NCBI GenBank assembly: GCA_951406725.2
Contig: OX597831.1
Span: 22,692,001 to 22,756,000 of the forward strand
Direction: 5' to 3'
DNA: 64,000 nucleotides
Origin: Octopus vulgaris
Lineage: Eukaryota
The notes under the pieces were generated by a model. That model was not told where the DNA came from and did no database searches. It was given only the letters and a program-made list of their open reading frames with translations. Within the stretch, counting starts at the first letter, position 1; the number at the start of each line of letters is the position of its first letter. Position numbers and translations under genes: made by a program. Positions 1 through 12,766 of the stretch are shown one piece after another.

Positions 1-241
1 CACAACTTAAAAGATATAATAGTTAAACTATTAAAAAGCAACTAAAAATGTAACCATTCCCGCAGCTATAAAAATGTATTTAAAGGAAAAGCTTCCCGCC
101 TCTACTCCATCAAATTAGATTGAACTCTAAAATAGTTACTAAATACATTACTACCTCCAAACATTCACAGGTACACCAACACCACCACAACGACGGCAAC
201 AAGAGCAAGAATACATTAATGCCAATACCAATGAAGGCGAA

Positions 242-456
242 GGCGGTGAGCAGGCAGAAACGTTAGCCGTATTATGTCTGCCGTTACGTTCTGAGTTCAA
301 ATTCCGCCGAGGTCGACTTTGTCTTTCCTCCTTTCGGGGTCGATAAATTAAGTACCAGTTACGCACCGGGGTCGATATAATCGACTTAATCCGTTTGTCT
401 GTCCTTGTTTGTCCTCTCTGTGTTTAGCCCCTTGTGGGTTGTAAAGAAATAGGTAT
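242..456 (+). mobile_element. tRNA-derived SINE, family A (Meta/MESC-like central domain), monomer
   Basis: Head GGCGGTGAGC..GGCAGAAACGTTAGC, box-B-like GAGTTCAAATTCC, central motif ..TTTC(A/C)TCCTTTCGGGGTCGATAAATTAAGTACCAG and GAAATA tail. More than 15 copies occur in the window. Confidence 0.85.
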
Positions 457-734
457 CATTAATTTCAAACAATGATTACGCGTGTGTTTGTCCGCCATCA
501 CTGCTTGACAACCGATGTGGGTGTGTTTACGTCTCTGTAAGTTAGCGGTTCGGCCAAATAAGTACTGCGGTCGATTCATTCGACAAAAAATTCTTAATGG
601 CGCTGACCCAGCATGGCCACAGTATAACGAAACAAGTAAAAGATGAAAAAAAAATTAATAAAAATATATTTAAATGATAATTTATATGACGAAACTATAT
701 ATAAAGTGTTACCTTTAATGACAATTAAATCCTT

Positions 735-1478
735 TGTTTTATAGGTACAAGGCCTGACATTTTGAGGGAAGAGGCTAGCCAAAAATATTGACCCTATTTT
801 AGCATATTTTAGCACCTCCAAAAAGACGAAAGGCAAAATCGACCAAAGCGGGATTTGAATACAAAGCGTAAAGCCAGAAGAAATGTCGATATGCATTTTT
901 TAATCAGCTACGGTAACTGTTGTGGCAGCTCATCACCCTTTTGAGGCTGGTTTCATGGCTTCAAGCTCCTGCTTGATGGGGTTGGGGTCATTCCAGGTTA
1001 GTGGTTCCAGAGACGTCATCATGTGTATGGTCGACTAGGTTCACCAGTGCTCTCCATCGCAGGCGGTCCGATGCCGGCCATTCTGCATCCTCCAGTAATT
1101 GTAAGGAGGTGGAAGGTAAATCGATATCATCGACTCCATTGTTCAACTGGTATTTATTTTAACAACCTCTGAAAGTATGATAGGTAAAATCAACCTCGAG
1201 CAAATATCAACTCAGAACGTCCAGAAGGACTAAATGCTGCTGAGCATTTTGTGCTAACGATTCTGCCAGCTCGCCACCTTTTTAAGGTCAATCAAATAAA
1301 GGTATTAAATTTAGGAACAAGGTCAACAATTTTAGAGGACCCTAGAGCTCGACTGGTACTTATTTCATCAAGCCCCAAAACGTGAACGGTAAAGTCGACC
1401 TTGGAGTTATATGGACTCTGAACGTCAAGGCGAACGAAATGCCGGTATGCATTTTGTCCGGCGTGCTAACGATTCTGC
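735..1478 (-). mobile_element. Cluster of three old degenerate family A SINE copies (~735-895, ~1110-1280, ~1300-1478)
   Basis: Diverged reverse-complement matches such as GAAAGGCAAAATCGACC..GATTTGAA and GCTAACGATTCTGCCAGCTCGCC. Confidence 0.65.
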
Positions 1479-1519
1479 TAGCATACTGCCTGAGGTCTAT
1501 TAAATAATAGATGTAAAAT

Positions 1520-1925
1520 GTTATAGCTCCGGGCCATCCAAAACCTTGTGAGTAGATTTGGTGAACGAAAACTGAAAGAAGCTCGTCGTATATATATATA
1601 TATGTGTGTGGTATGTAGCTTGCTTACCAACCACATGGTTCCGGGTTCAGTCCCACTGCGTGGCACCTTGGGCAAGTCTCTTCTACTATAGCCTCGGACC
1701 GACCAAAGCCTTGTGAGTGGATTTGGTAGATGGAAACTGAAAGAAGCCCGTCGTATATATGTATATATATATATATGTGTGTGTGCGTGCGCCTGTGAGA
1801 CCGATAGAATAAGTACTAGGCTTACAAAGAATAAGTCTTGGGGGTCGATTTGCTCGACTAAAAGCGATGCTCCAGCATGGCCACAGTCAAATAACTGAAA
1901 CAAGTGAAAGAGTAAAGAGTAAAGG
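1520..1925 (+). mobile_element. tRNA-derived SINE, family B (CORE-like, resembles octopus OR-type), partial copy followed by a near-full copy
   Basis: GTGTGGTA..TAGCTTGCTT..GGTTCAGTCCC head, CORE-like CACCTTGGGCAAGT, internal (TA)/(TG) microsatellite, and 3' module GCTCCAGCATGGCCACAGTCAAA with a (GAGTAAA)n tail. Confidence 0.85.
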
Positions 1926-1933
1926 AGAGTACA

Positions 1934-2191
1934 TGTAACAGGACGCATCCTGATTTCTGTGTAAGGCTGTTAATTGGATAGGGAATCCGACCAATGGTAA
2001 CCCAGAATCAGGCGAAGAAAAGGTAGACTAAGTCTGAATAAATTACACGTGCCCTTGGTACCTTAAAGTGGGACTGAACCAACCAGAGTCAACGTAGCTG
2101 CGAAGCAATCCTTTGAAGTGATGTTTGGGTTGGTCACGATTGGAACGTCTATAAACAGGTGTGTCACTCAGGGATCAGCAACGCTATAACA
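1934..2191 (+). mobile_element. Candidate solo LTR (TG...CA)
   Basis: Starts TGTAACAG and ends CTATAACA. The first ~85 bp recur, diverged and inverted, at ~27262-27347. No TSD is seen. Confidence 0.4.
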
Positions 2192-2663
2192 CAGTGGTTT
2201 GTAGGGAAAAGTTAACATTATTACGAGAGAACCTCGCCTCCTTTTGTAGAAGATTGGGGGAAAAGAGAGGCAGTCATATACTACATTCACACGCTTTGTA
2301 CCTTTCACTCCTTTCTGCTCCCCCTCTCTGTAATTCTCTGTCTGTCTTTCTCTCTCTCTCTCCCTCTTTCAGTCTACCTATATCGCTCCCACTTTCGCGT
2401 TCACTATCCGCTTTCCCTTCTCTTTCCGTCACCCACTTCTCCCTTTCTTATGGATAATGCTCAGTATACATGAGGCGCAAAGGTATGTGTGAATATGTGT
2501 GTGTGAAGTGTGGACATAAGAATATGTGTTCTGTATGTGTGTCTGCATACGGGCTGTTGTGTATGCTTGTATGTACGTATGTATGTATGCTTGTATGTAT
2601 GTTTGTATGCATATATCTATGCACGTATACTTAGTTGTGAAAATATGTGTACACACATACACA

Positions 2664-2725
<62 letters not shown>

Positions 2726-2873
2726 AAAAAAGCAACAAGAATGGATTAAAATCTCGGTACGATCGTTTCGTACGAGGACATCTTTAATAAGCTACAAAAA
2801 ATGCAGTGAATATATATATATATATTCATATTCTATAGTAGTTGTTCATATGTTTCTGCGAATGCATATATAT

Positions 2874-2922
<49 letters not shown>

Positions 2923-3359
2923 CATGTGTATATATATATGTGTGTGTGTGTGTGTGAGTGTGTATGTATGTCAAATATGCGTACACATCGACACAGCCTC
3001 ACAAACAGACTCACACATATACATACACAAACCTATACATACACATACGCGTACATATGCATGCAATCATACACATATACACAATTACATATATAAATTG
3101 TATATATAAATGTCTGTGTGTAAACAGATAAGTGTGTGTGCGTGTGAAAGTGTGTGTGAAAGTGTGTGTGAGTGTATGAGAGTGTGTATGAGTGTGTGTA
3201 TTTAAATTATGTTAAAACATCGTTTCATTTTTTAAATAAAAGATGAAATTTAAAACATGACATTAGCCTGTATCATTAACTGATGGCTTTCTTTCAATGT
3301 TTCTCTTTGTCTGCATATTTCAATGTCTGTCTCCTTGTCCCACTTAGCGACACTCAATT

Positions 3360-3360
<1 letters not shown>

Positions 3361-3456
<96 letters not shown>

Positions 3457-3521
3457 TTCTATATATATATATCCATCAGGCTATCTATTTATCTATCTAT
3501 CTATCCATCTATTCATCCATG

Positions 3522-3592
<71 letters not shown>

Positions 3593-3610
3593 TTACCTAC
3601 CTATCTATAC
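3361..3610. repeat. (TCTA)n microsatellite
   Basis: Direct tandem repeat. Similar (TAGA/TCTA)n tracts lie at 8307-8600, 10767-10842, 33503-33600 and 44525-44750. Confidence 0.95.
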
Positions 3611-4455
3611 TCACAGATACACATACACTCTATCACACACACACATATACATAGGGGGTGTCCGTGTATCTGTGTGTGTGTGTCTACCTGTTTCTCTAAC
3701 TACTTGCCTATAGTTTTCAATCCTTTTCACTCTATATATTCATGTATATTTGTACATACATATACATATACATACATACATACATACATACATACATACA
3801 TACATACATACATACATACATACATACATACGTGCATAGGTACATATATACATGCGTATGCATTTATAACATAACATGTGAGAAAGTGCGGATGTGTGCA
3901 CTATGTAGGGAATAAGCACAAATGATAAAAATAGTATGACAGATAAATCAAAGGAAGAATTTAATGACAATCAGCCCTTCCTCAGCTCGTTCAGTCGGGA
4001 TTCAAGCAGTTTCAACATGTAATTTAAGGATGCTTGCTTCAGGATCATGCACACTCATTGGTTATGATGTTAGGCATTTGATACAATGGTGGGCCAGTAT
4101 TACTTCCTCTCTTTCTCTTTCTCTTTGCTTTCTCACACTCTCTTTCCTCTTTTCTTTCTCTCTACCCTTGTCTTCCTCTCACTTCTAGTTCTTTCCCCTT
4201 TGCTATCGCACTTCTCTGACATCTCTCTCTATTTCCCACTACCCCTAACTCTCACCCATCTCTCTCTACCTCTCTTTCCTTCTTTCTATACTGCCCCTAG
4301 TTCACTTCTTCCTAATTTCTTTTGCCGTTCAGCTGACCTAGCGTGCGCACATTTTTTTCTATCCCTTATTCACCAAAGGGTTTAGTCCAAGCATTCCTCT
4401 CCCATTTCATTTTCTTTATGTTTCGCGGTGCACACGTCGCATTTAGTGTTATTAA

Positions 4456-4660
4456 GGCGATAAACCGGCAGAATTCTTAGCAGGCTGGGCAAAATGCTTG
4501 GTGACAGTTCGACCATCCTTACGCTCTTAGTTCAAATCTGCCGAGGTCGACTTAGCCTTTTCTCCTTTCAGTGCCGATAAAATAAGTCCCAGTCGGAAAC
4601 TGGGGTCAATGTAACCGACATATCCCACCTCAGAAATTGCTGTTCCAAATTTTGAATTCA
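4456..4660 (+). mobile_element. Family A SINE, diverged copy
   Basis: GGCGATAAACCGGCAGAA..GTTCAAATCTGCCGAGGTCGAC..GCCTTTTCTCCTTTC. Confidence 0.7.
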
Positions 4661-4897
4661 ATATATAGTGTTATTTTGTATTGGTTTATTTGCATCGTAA
4701 TCTATTATTGAATTTTATAAAAGTTTCTCGCCATTATATGCGTGACCACAAGTTTCAATTCTGGAAACAAAAAAGAACCTGTTCATAGATACACACACAC
4801 ATGTACATATGCATATACATATTACATACTTACATACATGTTATACATACGCACAAACATTACATACATACATACACATACATATATACACAATAGG

Positions 4898-4938
<41 letters not shown>

Positions 4939-4954
4939 TACATCACATATCACA

Positions 4955-5034
<80 letters not shown>

Positions 5035-5074
5035 CATACTGTACATATACATATACATATGCATATATCATATA

Positions 5075-6329
5075 CAGGCTGTGTAAGGTATTTGGAGACA
5101 TACCTTTCTTGGGCCATTTCTGCATTTTTTGCTAACTCTATATAATCTTTTTTTTACGAAATAATAATGCCAGGCCCTCACCTTACTCAAGAAATAAAGA
5201 GGCATGCTGTTACTGTGGTTATAAAGGCTGAGCATATCGATTTAGAAATATCTTGTTTTATTAGTTGTCAGATCTTTCGTCTCCAAAGTTTGTAAGACGC
5301 TAGAGAGTGAAGATGGAAATGTATCTCCAGTATCAGAACATAAAAATCATTCTAAACGCTCTGAAATCATCAGAATACATGAATTTATCCATCAAGTTCA
5401 ACAGACCATTGGTTACAATCCCAGAAAGTTCATGATGTCAATTGCAAAAGATCTACATGTTCAGAAGGAACAGTCAGAAATGTTATCCCTGAAGATATCA
5501 GATATAAGTCTTATGTGATAAGGAAAGGTCGATTTATCAGAAAAAGCAAAAGATAATCACTACATCAGATGTAAAAGGCCCTTAAATAAACTGAAAACTC
5601 CAGCAGAAGAAGATTTGATTTGGCTTTTTCTTAAACGAGAAAAATCTTCGAATAAGATCGAAAAGTTAACAGAAGAAATGACAATGGTTATGTGCAGACT
5701 CTTCTGAGCTTCCAAGTGTTATCCATGCAAAATTTCCTGCAACTGTCTTGGTTTATTTGGGTTGTCAGCAATGAATGACATGTGATGTTACCTTACTTCT
5801 TTCCACAACTTAAATCTATCACCTGCATTGATATCCTGGATATAATTGTTAAGAACTGGATAGAGATGGTACGCAATGGAAGGCCATATATGTTTCAGTA
5901 AGACACTGCACTATCAGGCATGGCTCTAGTAACATGTAAGATATCAGTAAAATTTTCATGATCACGTAACCCCTAACATCTGGCATCCTAATTCCCCAGA
6001 TCTCAATTCATGGGACTATTATACTTGGAGCGTTGTTGAGAGAGAAGTTAATAAACACGTCCATAACACCAAAGATTCTTTGAAAGCTGCCATAATCAGA
6101 GTAATGTCCAAAATGAACCAGGACCACTTGATTCGAGCATGTAGATGATTTAGATCTCATATAGAAGCAGTTATTGAAGCTGAAGGTGGCTTTATTGAAT
6201 AAGATTATAGAAAAGAAGGTTTATTTTTATTCTCATAGCATTTTTTGATAAATAAAGTTATTATCTGTTATTATATATTGTTATTTTTTTACAAACATAA
6301 ATCTGTCCTCAAATATCTTACAACCCCTG
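5075..6329 (+). mobile_element. Tc1/mariner superfamily element, maT (DD37D)-like, full length but decayed
   Basis: Imperfect TIRs: CAGGCTGTGTAAGGTATTTGGAGACA on the left versus reverse complement CAGGGGTTGTAAGATATTTGAGGACA on the right. A TA precedes the left end; length is ~1.25 kb. Confidence 0.85.
5167..6202 (+). pseudogene. Transposase pseudogene (maT-like) with stops and frameshifts
   Basis: Starts MPGPHLTQEIKRHAV. C-terminus reads WHPNSPDLNSWDYYTWSVVERE...RACR*FRSHIEAVIEAEGGFIE*. Confidence 0.85.
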
Positions 6330-6330
6330 C

Positions 6331-6362
<32 letters not shown>

Positions 6363-6365
6363 TGT

Positions 6366-6742
6366 GGCACTCCGCCGGTTACGACGACGTGGGTTCCAGT
6401 TGATCCGATCAACGGATCAGCCTATTCGTGAAATTAACGTGGAAGTGGCTGAGCACTCCGCAGACACGTGTACCCTTAACGTAGTTCTCGAGGAGATTCA
6501 GCGTGACACAGAGTGTGACAAGGCTGAATCCTTTGAAATACAGGTACAACAGAAACAGTAAGAAAGAGTGAGAGAAAGCTGAGGAGAAAGAATGTAGCAG
6601 GGTTCGCCACCACCACCCTGCCGGAGCATCATGGGGCTTTAGGTGCTTTCGCTCAATAAACACTTACAACGCCCGGTCTGGTAATCGAAACCGCGATCCT
6701 ACGACCGCGTGTTCGCTGCCCAAACCACTGGGCCATTGCGCC
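6366..6742 (-). mobile_element. tRNA-derived SINE, family C (resembles octopus OK-type)
   Basis: Minus-strand head GGCGCAATGGCCCAGTGGTT..GGTTTCGATT (boxes A/B) and end GTCGTAACCGGCGGAGTGC. A close copy lies at 31986-32365. Confidence 0.85.
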
Positions 6743-7280
6743 TATATACATCCTTTCGGGGTCGATAAATTAAGTACCAGTTACGCACTGGGGTCGATAT
6801 AATCTACTTAACCCCTTTGTCTGTCCTTGTTTGTCCCCTCTGTGTTTAGCCCCTTGTGGGTAGTAAACAAATATATATACACAAACACACATACACACAT
6901 ACAAACATGTACATACATTCTACCATAAATATGGTTAGCACCATCGCAACCACCTCCAGTAGCACACATCCACTATTACCATCACAATGTACCCACTACC
7001 ACCACCACCACAACGTACCCACTACACCCCACACCACCTCACAACAATAATAACCATAGCCACCGCCTCCACCCCCATTACTTCACCATCTCCGCTATCA
7101 TGTAGTAATTAAATTCTATTTAACGTTTTTTAAGTGTAATGGATTTTCAATACGACGTTGGTAAGATTAATGCATATGAAGATGCCAAGTTCTAAGTACG
7201 TGTAACTGTGAGTGCGTGCGTGCGCGCCTGTGTGTGTGTGTGTGTGTGTATGCGAGTAGAAATCTTTGTGTCTCTGCGTA

Positions 7281-7282
<2 letters not shown>

Positions 7283-7328
<46 letters not shown>

Positions 7329-7382
7329 TATTTATATATATATATATATATGTATACATATATTTATTTATATATATATATA

Positions 7383-7425
<43 letters not shown>

Positions 7426-7482
7426 TATGTATATATATATATATTATGAATATATAAATGTGTATATATATGTATATATATT

Positions 7483-7549
<67 letters not shown>

Positions 7550-7653
7550 ATGTGTGTTTGTGTGTCTATATATATATATGTATTTATATATATAGTTAAA
7601 AATATATGTGCAGAATGTATATATATACACACACATATACATTTACATGTCTA

Positions 7654-7709
<56 letters not shown>

Positions 7710-7800
7710 GTATTTATATTTATATGTATGTGTATACATGTATTCATTTATATGAATGTATGTTTGACTACGCTTACGTATATATAGATATATATATATA
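7283..7800. repeat. Compound (TA)n/(TG)n microsatellite block
   Basis: Direct reading. It is the source of the YI-repeat ORFs. Similar blocks lie at 2666-2722, 23700-24062, 34300-34477, 35480-35577 and 43540-44060. Confidence 0.95.
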
Positions 7801-7993
7801 TCTGCATATATCTATCCGTGTGTGTGTGTATACACACACACACACATATATATATATATACATATACTTACATTTGCTCACACACACACACATTCGAAGA
7901 CGTATACCTAGAAAGGTACGCACACGCGCTCTCATGCATATCCGTAGTCTTTTAATACAAACGCATTACACCCAATATATACAAAACCAAACA

Positions 7994-8033
<40 letters not shown>

Positions 8034-8306
8034 AGAACAAACACACACATGCACAACGTTGTTTACGCATGCGTTTGTGCGCGCGCGCTTTTGTGCCTAT
8101 ATTAAGTAGGATACATGGGATTGGTGATTCAAAAGATGGATGGCGGGAGATGTGGATGGCGGGAGATGTGATAATATCATTTAGTAATGCTTGTCTCGGA
8201 GAATGATGTTGGAAAAGACTGGCAGTGTGAAGAGAAGAGAGGAATGTGGGAGGAGAGGTAAGGCTGAGAATAGGTAGCGCGTGCAATTAATAGATTAAGG
8301 TGAAGG

Positions 8307-8391
<85 letters not shown>

Positions 8392-8530
8392 GGATAATTA
8401 GATGGATAGATAGAGAGATGGATGGATGGATGGATAGATAGATAGAGAGATGGATGGATGGATGGATGGATGGATGGATGGACGGACGGACGGGCGGACA
8501 GATAGACGGAAGGGTGTATGGCTGGATCAG

Positions 8531-8603
<73 letters not shown>

Positions 8604-8896
8604 GGATGGCTAGAGAGATAGACAGGTAGATAGATATATGGAGGTATCGATGTGTGTATTTTTGTGTGTGTGTATATATATATATGTCCATATATGTATG
8701 TGTATATTTTAAGTGTTTACAAATAACACGGAAAAAATAATTAGTTAACAAGCTAGCACAAATTCACCTTAGTACCAAGGATGCAACAGCCTACTTATGA
8801 AGGTAGAAATTCCAGGTTTTGGTGAAATGTTTTTGTATCATATCGATAAAGAAATAAATGAAGTTAAACGCAGGTGTTATTCAAATCTTTATGCAT

Positions 8897-8979
8897 CCAA
8901 CATATGTTTCGAAGAAAACATTGGTATTATTCCAGAAGGAATAAAATGATGTAAAACAATGCAATATTCTCATCAGGGG
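8897..8979 (-). ncRNA. Type I hammerhead ribozyme motif
   Basis: cc-CTGATGA-long stem II (gaa..cattg/caatg..ttc)-GAAA-catatg-TT-gg, with palindromic stem III ACATATGT. Confidence 0.6.
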
Positions 8980-9582
8980 AAAAAAGAGAAACAAAACACA
9001 CATAAATAAAACATTTTAACGAAATATAATTGTAGCATATATGATGAAGGGAACGCAGGAAGTTTATTTTAAAATAACCGTTAATAGATATAACGTAAAG
9101 GCAATTTATAGAAAGAGAAGGAGGGGGAAAGAAAGAAATTAGCAGAAAATTAAAAGTGGAGAAATATAGTGCGATAGGTAAATACGAATAAAGATGAAAG
9201 GCGTGGAAATAGATATATTTAGTGGATTTTGGGAAAAAACGTACTTTTAGTTACTATAAGTGATTTCTACCAGCCTATAAAATTCGACCTTTAACTGTCT
9301 GCTTTCATTTCACGTCCACTAAATATACCTATTTCCACACCTCTAAATCATTATTATTTTCCTATCGCACTATATTTCTCCACTTTTAGTTTTCCGCTAA
9401 TTTCTTTCTTTCCCCCTCCTTCCCTTTCTATAATTTGCCTTTGACATGATATCTATAAACGTATTTTGGTAAAATAATATAAAAAACATAAAAAAATTAC
9501 GTTCCTGCGTTTCCTTCATCACATATGCTACAATCATATTCCGTTAAAATGTTTTATGGATGCGTTTTGTTTCACTTTTTTA

Positions 9583-9665
9583 CCCCTCGTGAGAAGATTG
9601 CATTGTTTCATATAATTTTATTCCTTCTGAAATAATACTAATGTTTTCTTCGAAACATATGTCGG
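9583..9665 (+). ncRNA. Type I hammerhead motif with a mutated core
   Basis: cc-CTCGTGA (for CTGATGA)-stem II-GAAA-catatg-TC-gg. Confidence 0.5.
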
Positions 9666-9741
9666 AAGTATACAGATTTGAATAACACCTACTTTTGACT
9701 CCATTTATTTATTTATCTCTCCCTCTCTCTCTCCCTCTCTG

Positions 9742-9788
<47 letters not shown>

Positions 9789-9799
9789 ATATCTATATA

Positions 9800-9859
<60 letters not shown>

Positions 9860-9864
9860 TATGT

Positions 9865-10350
9865 GGGTACAGGACGTCACCAAATGTGTAAGCAACATGA
9901 AATACGAAAACAAACGAGCTAAATATGCAAACAACGAGAGAAAAAATGGAAAACAGGACAAGTAAACACAGAGTTCAACCTTCATCAGTTGTCGGCTATC
10001 TTTCTACTCCTCATTTCGAGGATTCAACGGCAATATGAGTCTTCAAAAAGAGTTGCTCCCATAAATTCCAAAATAAAATTTAGGATATATGGGAGGTGGG
10101 TCAAAGATGGGAACAAAAACAGGGCAGTGGAGACATGCAAGGAAACCGAACGAAAAACAAACGTGGAGGGTCGTTAGACCAAATGAGAGGAAATTGTGAA
10201 CGTTGGGAGAAATATTTTCTTTGAAAAGAGAAAAGATAGAAGAGAGAAAGAAAAAAAACATGGCCGTTCTTTTGAGCGTACGTGCAGGAAAAGAAAGATG
10301 GACGATGGTCACGTGTGGAAAATGAGAGAGGGAAAAAGAGAAAGAAGGGA
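9865..10350 (-). mobile_element. Possible Penelope-like remnant
   Basis: Minus strand carries TTGAAGA..GAAA and CTGATGAAGG motifs in non-coding sequence. The stems are poorly preserved. Confidence 0.35.
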
Positions 10351-10503
10351 GAGAGAGCAATAGAAAACGGTGAAGGGGAAAAAAACGGAATTAGAGGATA
10401 GGGGAAGAAAACAGTATAGATAGAGTCGCATCAAAAAGGTTAAGATAAACTTACTTAGAAATGGATACGTAGCGTTCAATATATGCATATATATAATATA
10501 ATA

Positions 10504-10536
<33 letters not shown>

Positions 10537-10700
10537 AGAGAGAGAGAATAAGAGAGACAGAGAGATAGACAGGTAAATAAATACATACATACATATCTAC
10601 ATACATATATATGGAGGTAAGTAGAGAGGGAAAGAGAATGTAGGAGAGTGTAAGAAAGTGAGCGCTTTAATGTGTGTGAAGAGAGACAGAAATGAGATCG

Positions 10701-10843
<143 letters not shown>

Positions 10844-11667
10844 GGCAGAGAGAGAATGTGCGAGCGTTTGCTTACGTACATGTATGTGTGTGAATACGTA
10901 TGTGTTTATGCCTGTACGTGTGCGTGTGTTTGTAAGCTAGATGGAATGAAGGCAAGTCTATGTATCTATATGTATGTGTGCGTATCTGTCTTTGCCCATG
11001 TGTTTCAGATACTTTTTTATGTCAGATACTTTCACTTTAACAATAAAAATAATAATAACAATTGAATTATATGTAGTAAGTAATAATTAAAATCAAACTA
11101 AAGTATAATATAATCGAAACATAACAAAAGTAAATGTAGCAATTGGTATAAAATTGCAGTAATGACTTGAACTTGAATAAGTGGTTTCGCATGAATGGGA
11201 ATAAATTAAAAATAAAATTAGTGTGCAGAAATGGAAGAGTCCAGATGGAGCTGTCCACATACCGTTTACCACGGTTTTTACGTTAGATTATCTGCTAATT
11301 AGCTAGCATTAAGTATCTATATGAAGTTTGGCTGTATGTAATGTCTGTTTTCTCGAACAGCCGCTTCTACTGAGTACTGCTGTTGGTTTATTTCTTATAC
11401 ATAAAGGACTATAGCTTCAACTGCGTACTGCTTTTTGATTCATCCTATGGTTTGTTGTTATTATTATTACTGTTTAACTATTGTTATCACGTTTGTTGGC
11501 TCCTCGTAAAGGAAACGTTGTTGTGTTGCATTTGTTAAATAATTGTAAACTGTAACCCTCCCCCTTTGGGAGAAAGAGCTTTAGTTATTGTTAAAAAATT
11601 GAATTGTGTACCTGTTTGGGGAAATTGACAATATTTTCACCGTTTATATGGAAGCATTTTTGTTAGA

Positions 11668-12195
11668 ATGCCTTCGATAGAAGAAAGTCTAAAAATGAAT
11701 TTCGCTGCAGCCATCGGCGGGCGCGAACTCATTAAAATTAAAATGGAAGAAATACAAACCTATTTCGGATTGATCACCGACTTTGACGGTGAATCTTGGA
11801 TAACACCACGAAACGAAATAAAGAAATTAAATTAAAGAAAAGTCTATTGTCTATAAAGTATACAATGTAGAGAGAAAAATACGATTTGAACACCTGGAGG
11901 AAAGCACAATTGAAAAGTGTCTTGGTGCGACTATGAAACATATCTAACCAGAGGCGGTAAATTCGCCAGAGTAGAAGCAAGGTTCGAGTCAACGGAGCGT
12001 GCAAGGGAGTACTCGATTCGAACCTTGCAAAGTGGAAATATTTTATTTTTACCTTTATATCTAGGACGTAGGACGTCCCGGATAAAAATTTTAAATGTCC
12101 CCCCAGAAGTAGAGGTAGGCTGGATTGTAGCCACACTTCTATACAAGAGAGAGGACAAAATACAATTGATCGAAATTGCAAGAGATGGGCCTACA
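11668..12195 (+). pseudogene. Non-LTR retrotransposon ORF1-like fragment (L1/Tx1-type), frameshifted
   Basis: Begins MPSIEESLKMNFAAAIGG, later ..FARVEARFES..YLGRRTSRIKILNVPPEVEVGWIVATL. The pattern resembles RRM-type ORF1 proteins. Confidence 0.45.
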
Positions 12196-12338
12196 ATTCC
12201 AGTCTGTTATATATTTTGAGTATTGTCATCACTAGCGATATCAAGATATAACTTTGTATTTTGTATTTTATGTGTAGATGTAGATATATATAGATGTACA
12301 TGTAATATGTACACATATATATACACATATATACATGC

Positions 12339-12377
12339 ACTAGCACTATGACCCGGCAGCAACGGGTCATAATGCTA

Positions 12378-12379
<2 letters not shown>
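12339..12379. mobile_element. Palindromic Helitron-like 3' terminus
   Basis: ACTAGCACTATGACCCG-gcagcaa-CGGGTCATAATGCTAGT: a hairpin with CTAG|T on both strands. Confidence 0.5.
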
Positions 12380-12428
<49 letters not shown>

Positions 12429-12429
12429 T

Positions 12430-12590
12430 ACGACGGGCTTCTTTCAGTTTCGTCTACCAAATCCACTCACAAGGCTTTGGTCGGCCCGAGGCTATAGTAG
12501 AAAACACTTGCCCAAGGTGCCACGCAGTGGGAAAGAACCCGGAACCATGTGGTTTATAAGCAAGTTACTTACCACACAACCACTCCTGCG
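12430..12590 (-). mobile_element. Family B SINE 5' module
   Basis: Reverse complement of GCAGGAGTGG..GTGTGGTAAG..CACCTTGGGCAAGTG..GAAGCCCGTCG. Confidence 0.85.
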
Positions 12591-12766
12591 TCTGAAGATT
12601 CCTGAAGAGAAGACAATGAAACTGGGATAGTTACACAGAACTTGACCCCAATTTAAGCTCAGAAGACGCTATTCCTATCAACTGGGTTACTGATAATATT
12701 GTTGTTGTTGCTGCTACCGTTGTTGTTGTTGTTACTGGTGTCGCTGTTCATTTTGTTGTTATACCT

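Larger units (their letters stand above)
8845..9717. mobile_element. Long palindrome of two inverted Penelope-like pseudo-LTR copies
   Basis: Arms ~8845-9226 and ~9316-9717 are reverse complements with a ~90-bp spacer, and each carries a hammerhead motif. Inverted pLTRs are typical of Penelope-like elements. Confidence 0.7.

Noticed and set aside
1000-1100. Possible RTE C-terminus (minus: WPASDRLRWRALV), and similar hints at 20745-20990 and 60130-60350
   Set aside because: Too short and degenerate to support a call by eye.
7427-8206. 259-aa ORF and the many other YI/CV/HT/LS-repeat ORFs
   Set aside because: They are translations of (TA)n, (TG)n, (TCTA)n and (TATG)n microsatellites with no domain content.
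12590-12650. CTGAAGA...GAAA string resembling a hammerhead
   Set aside because: No convincing stem I or stem II pairing.
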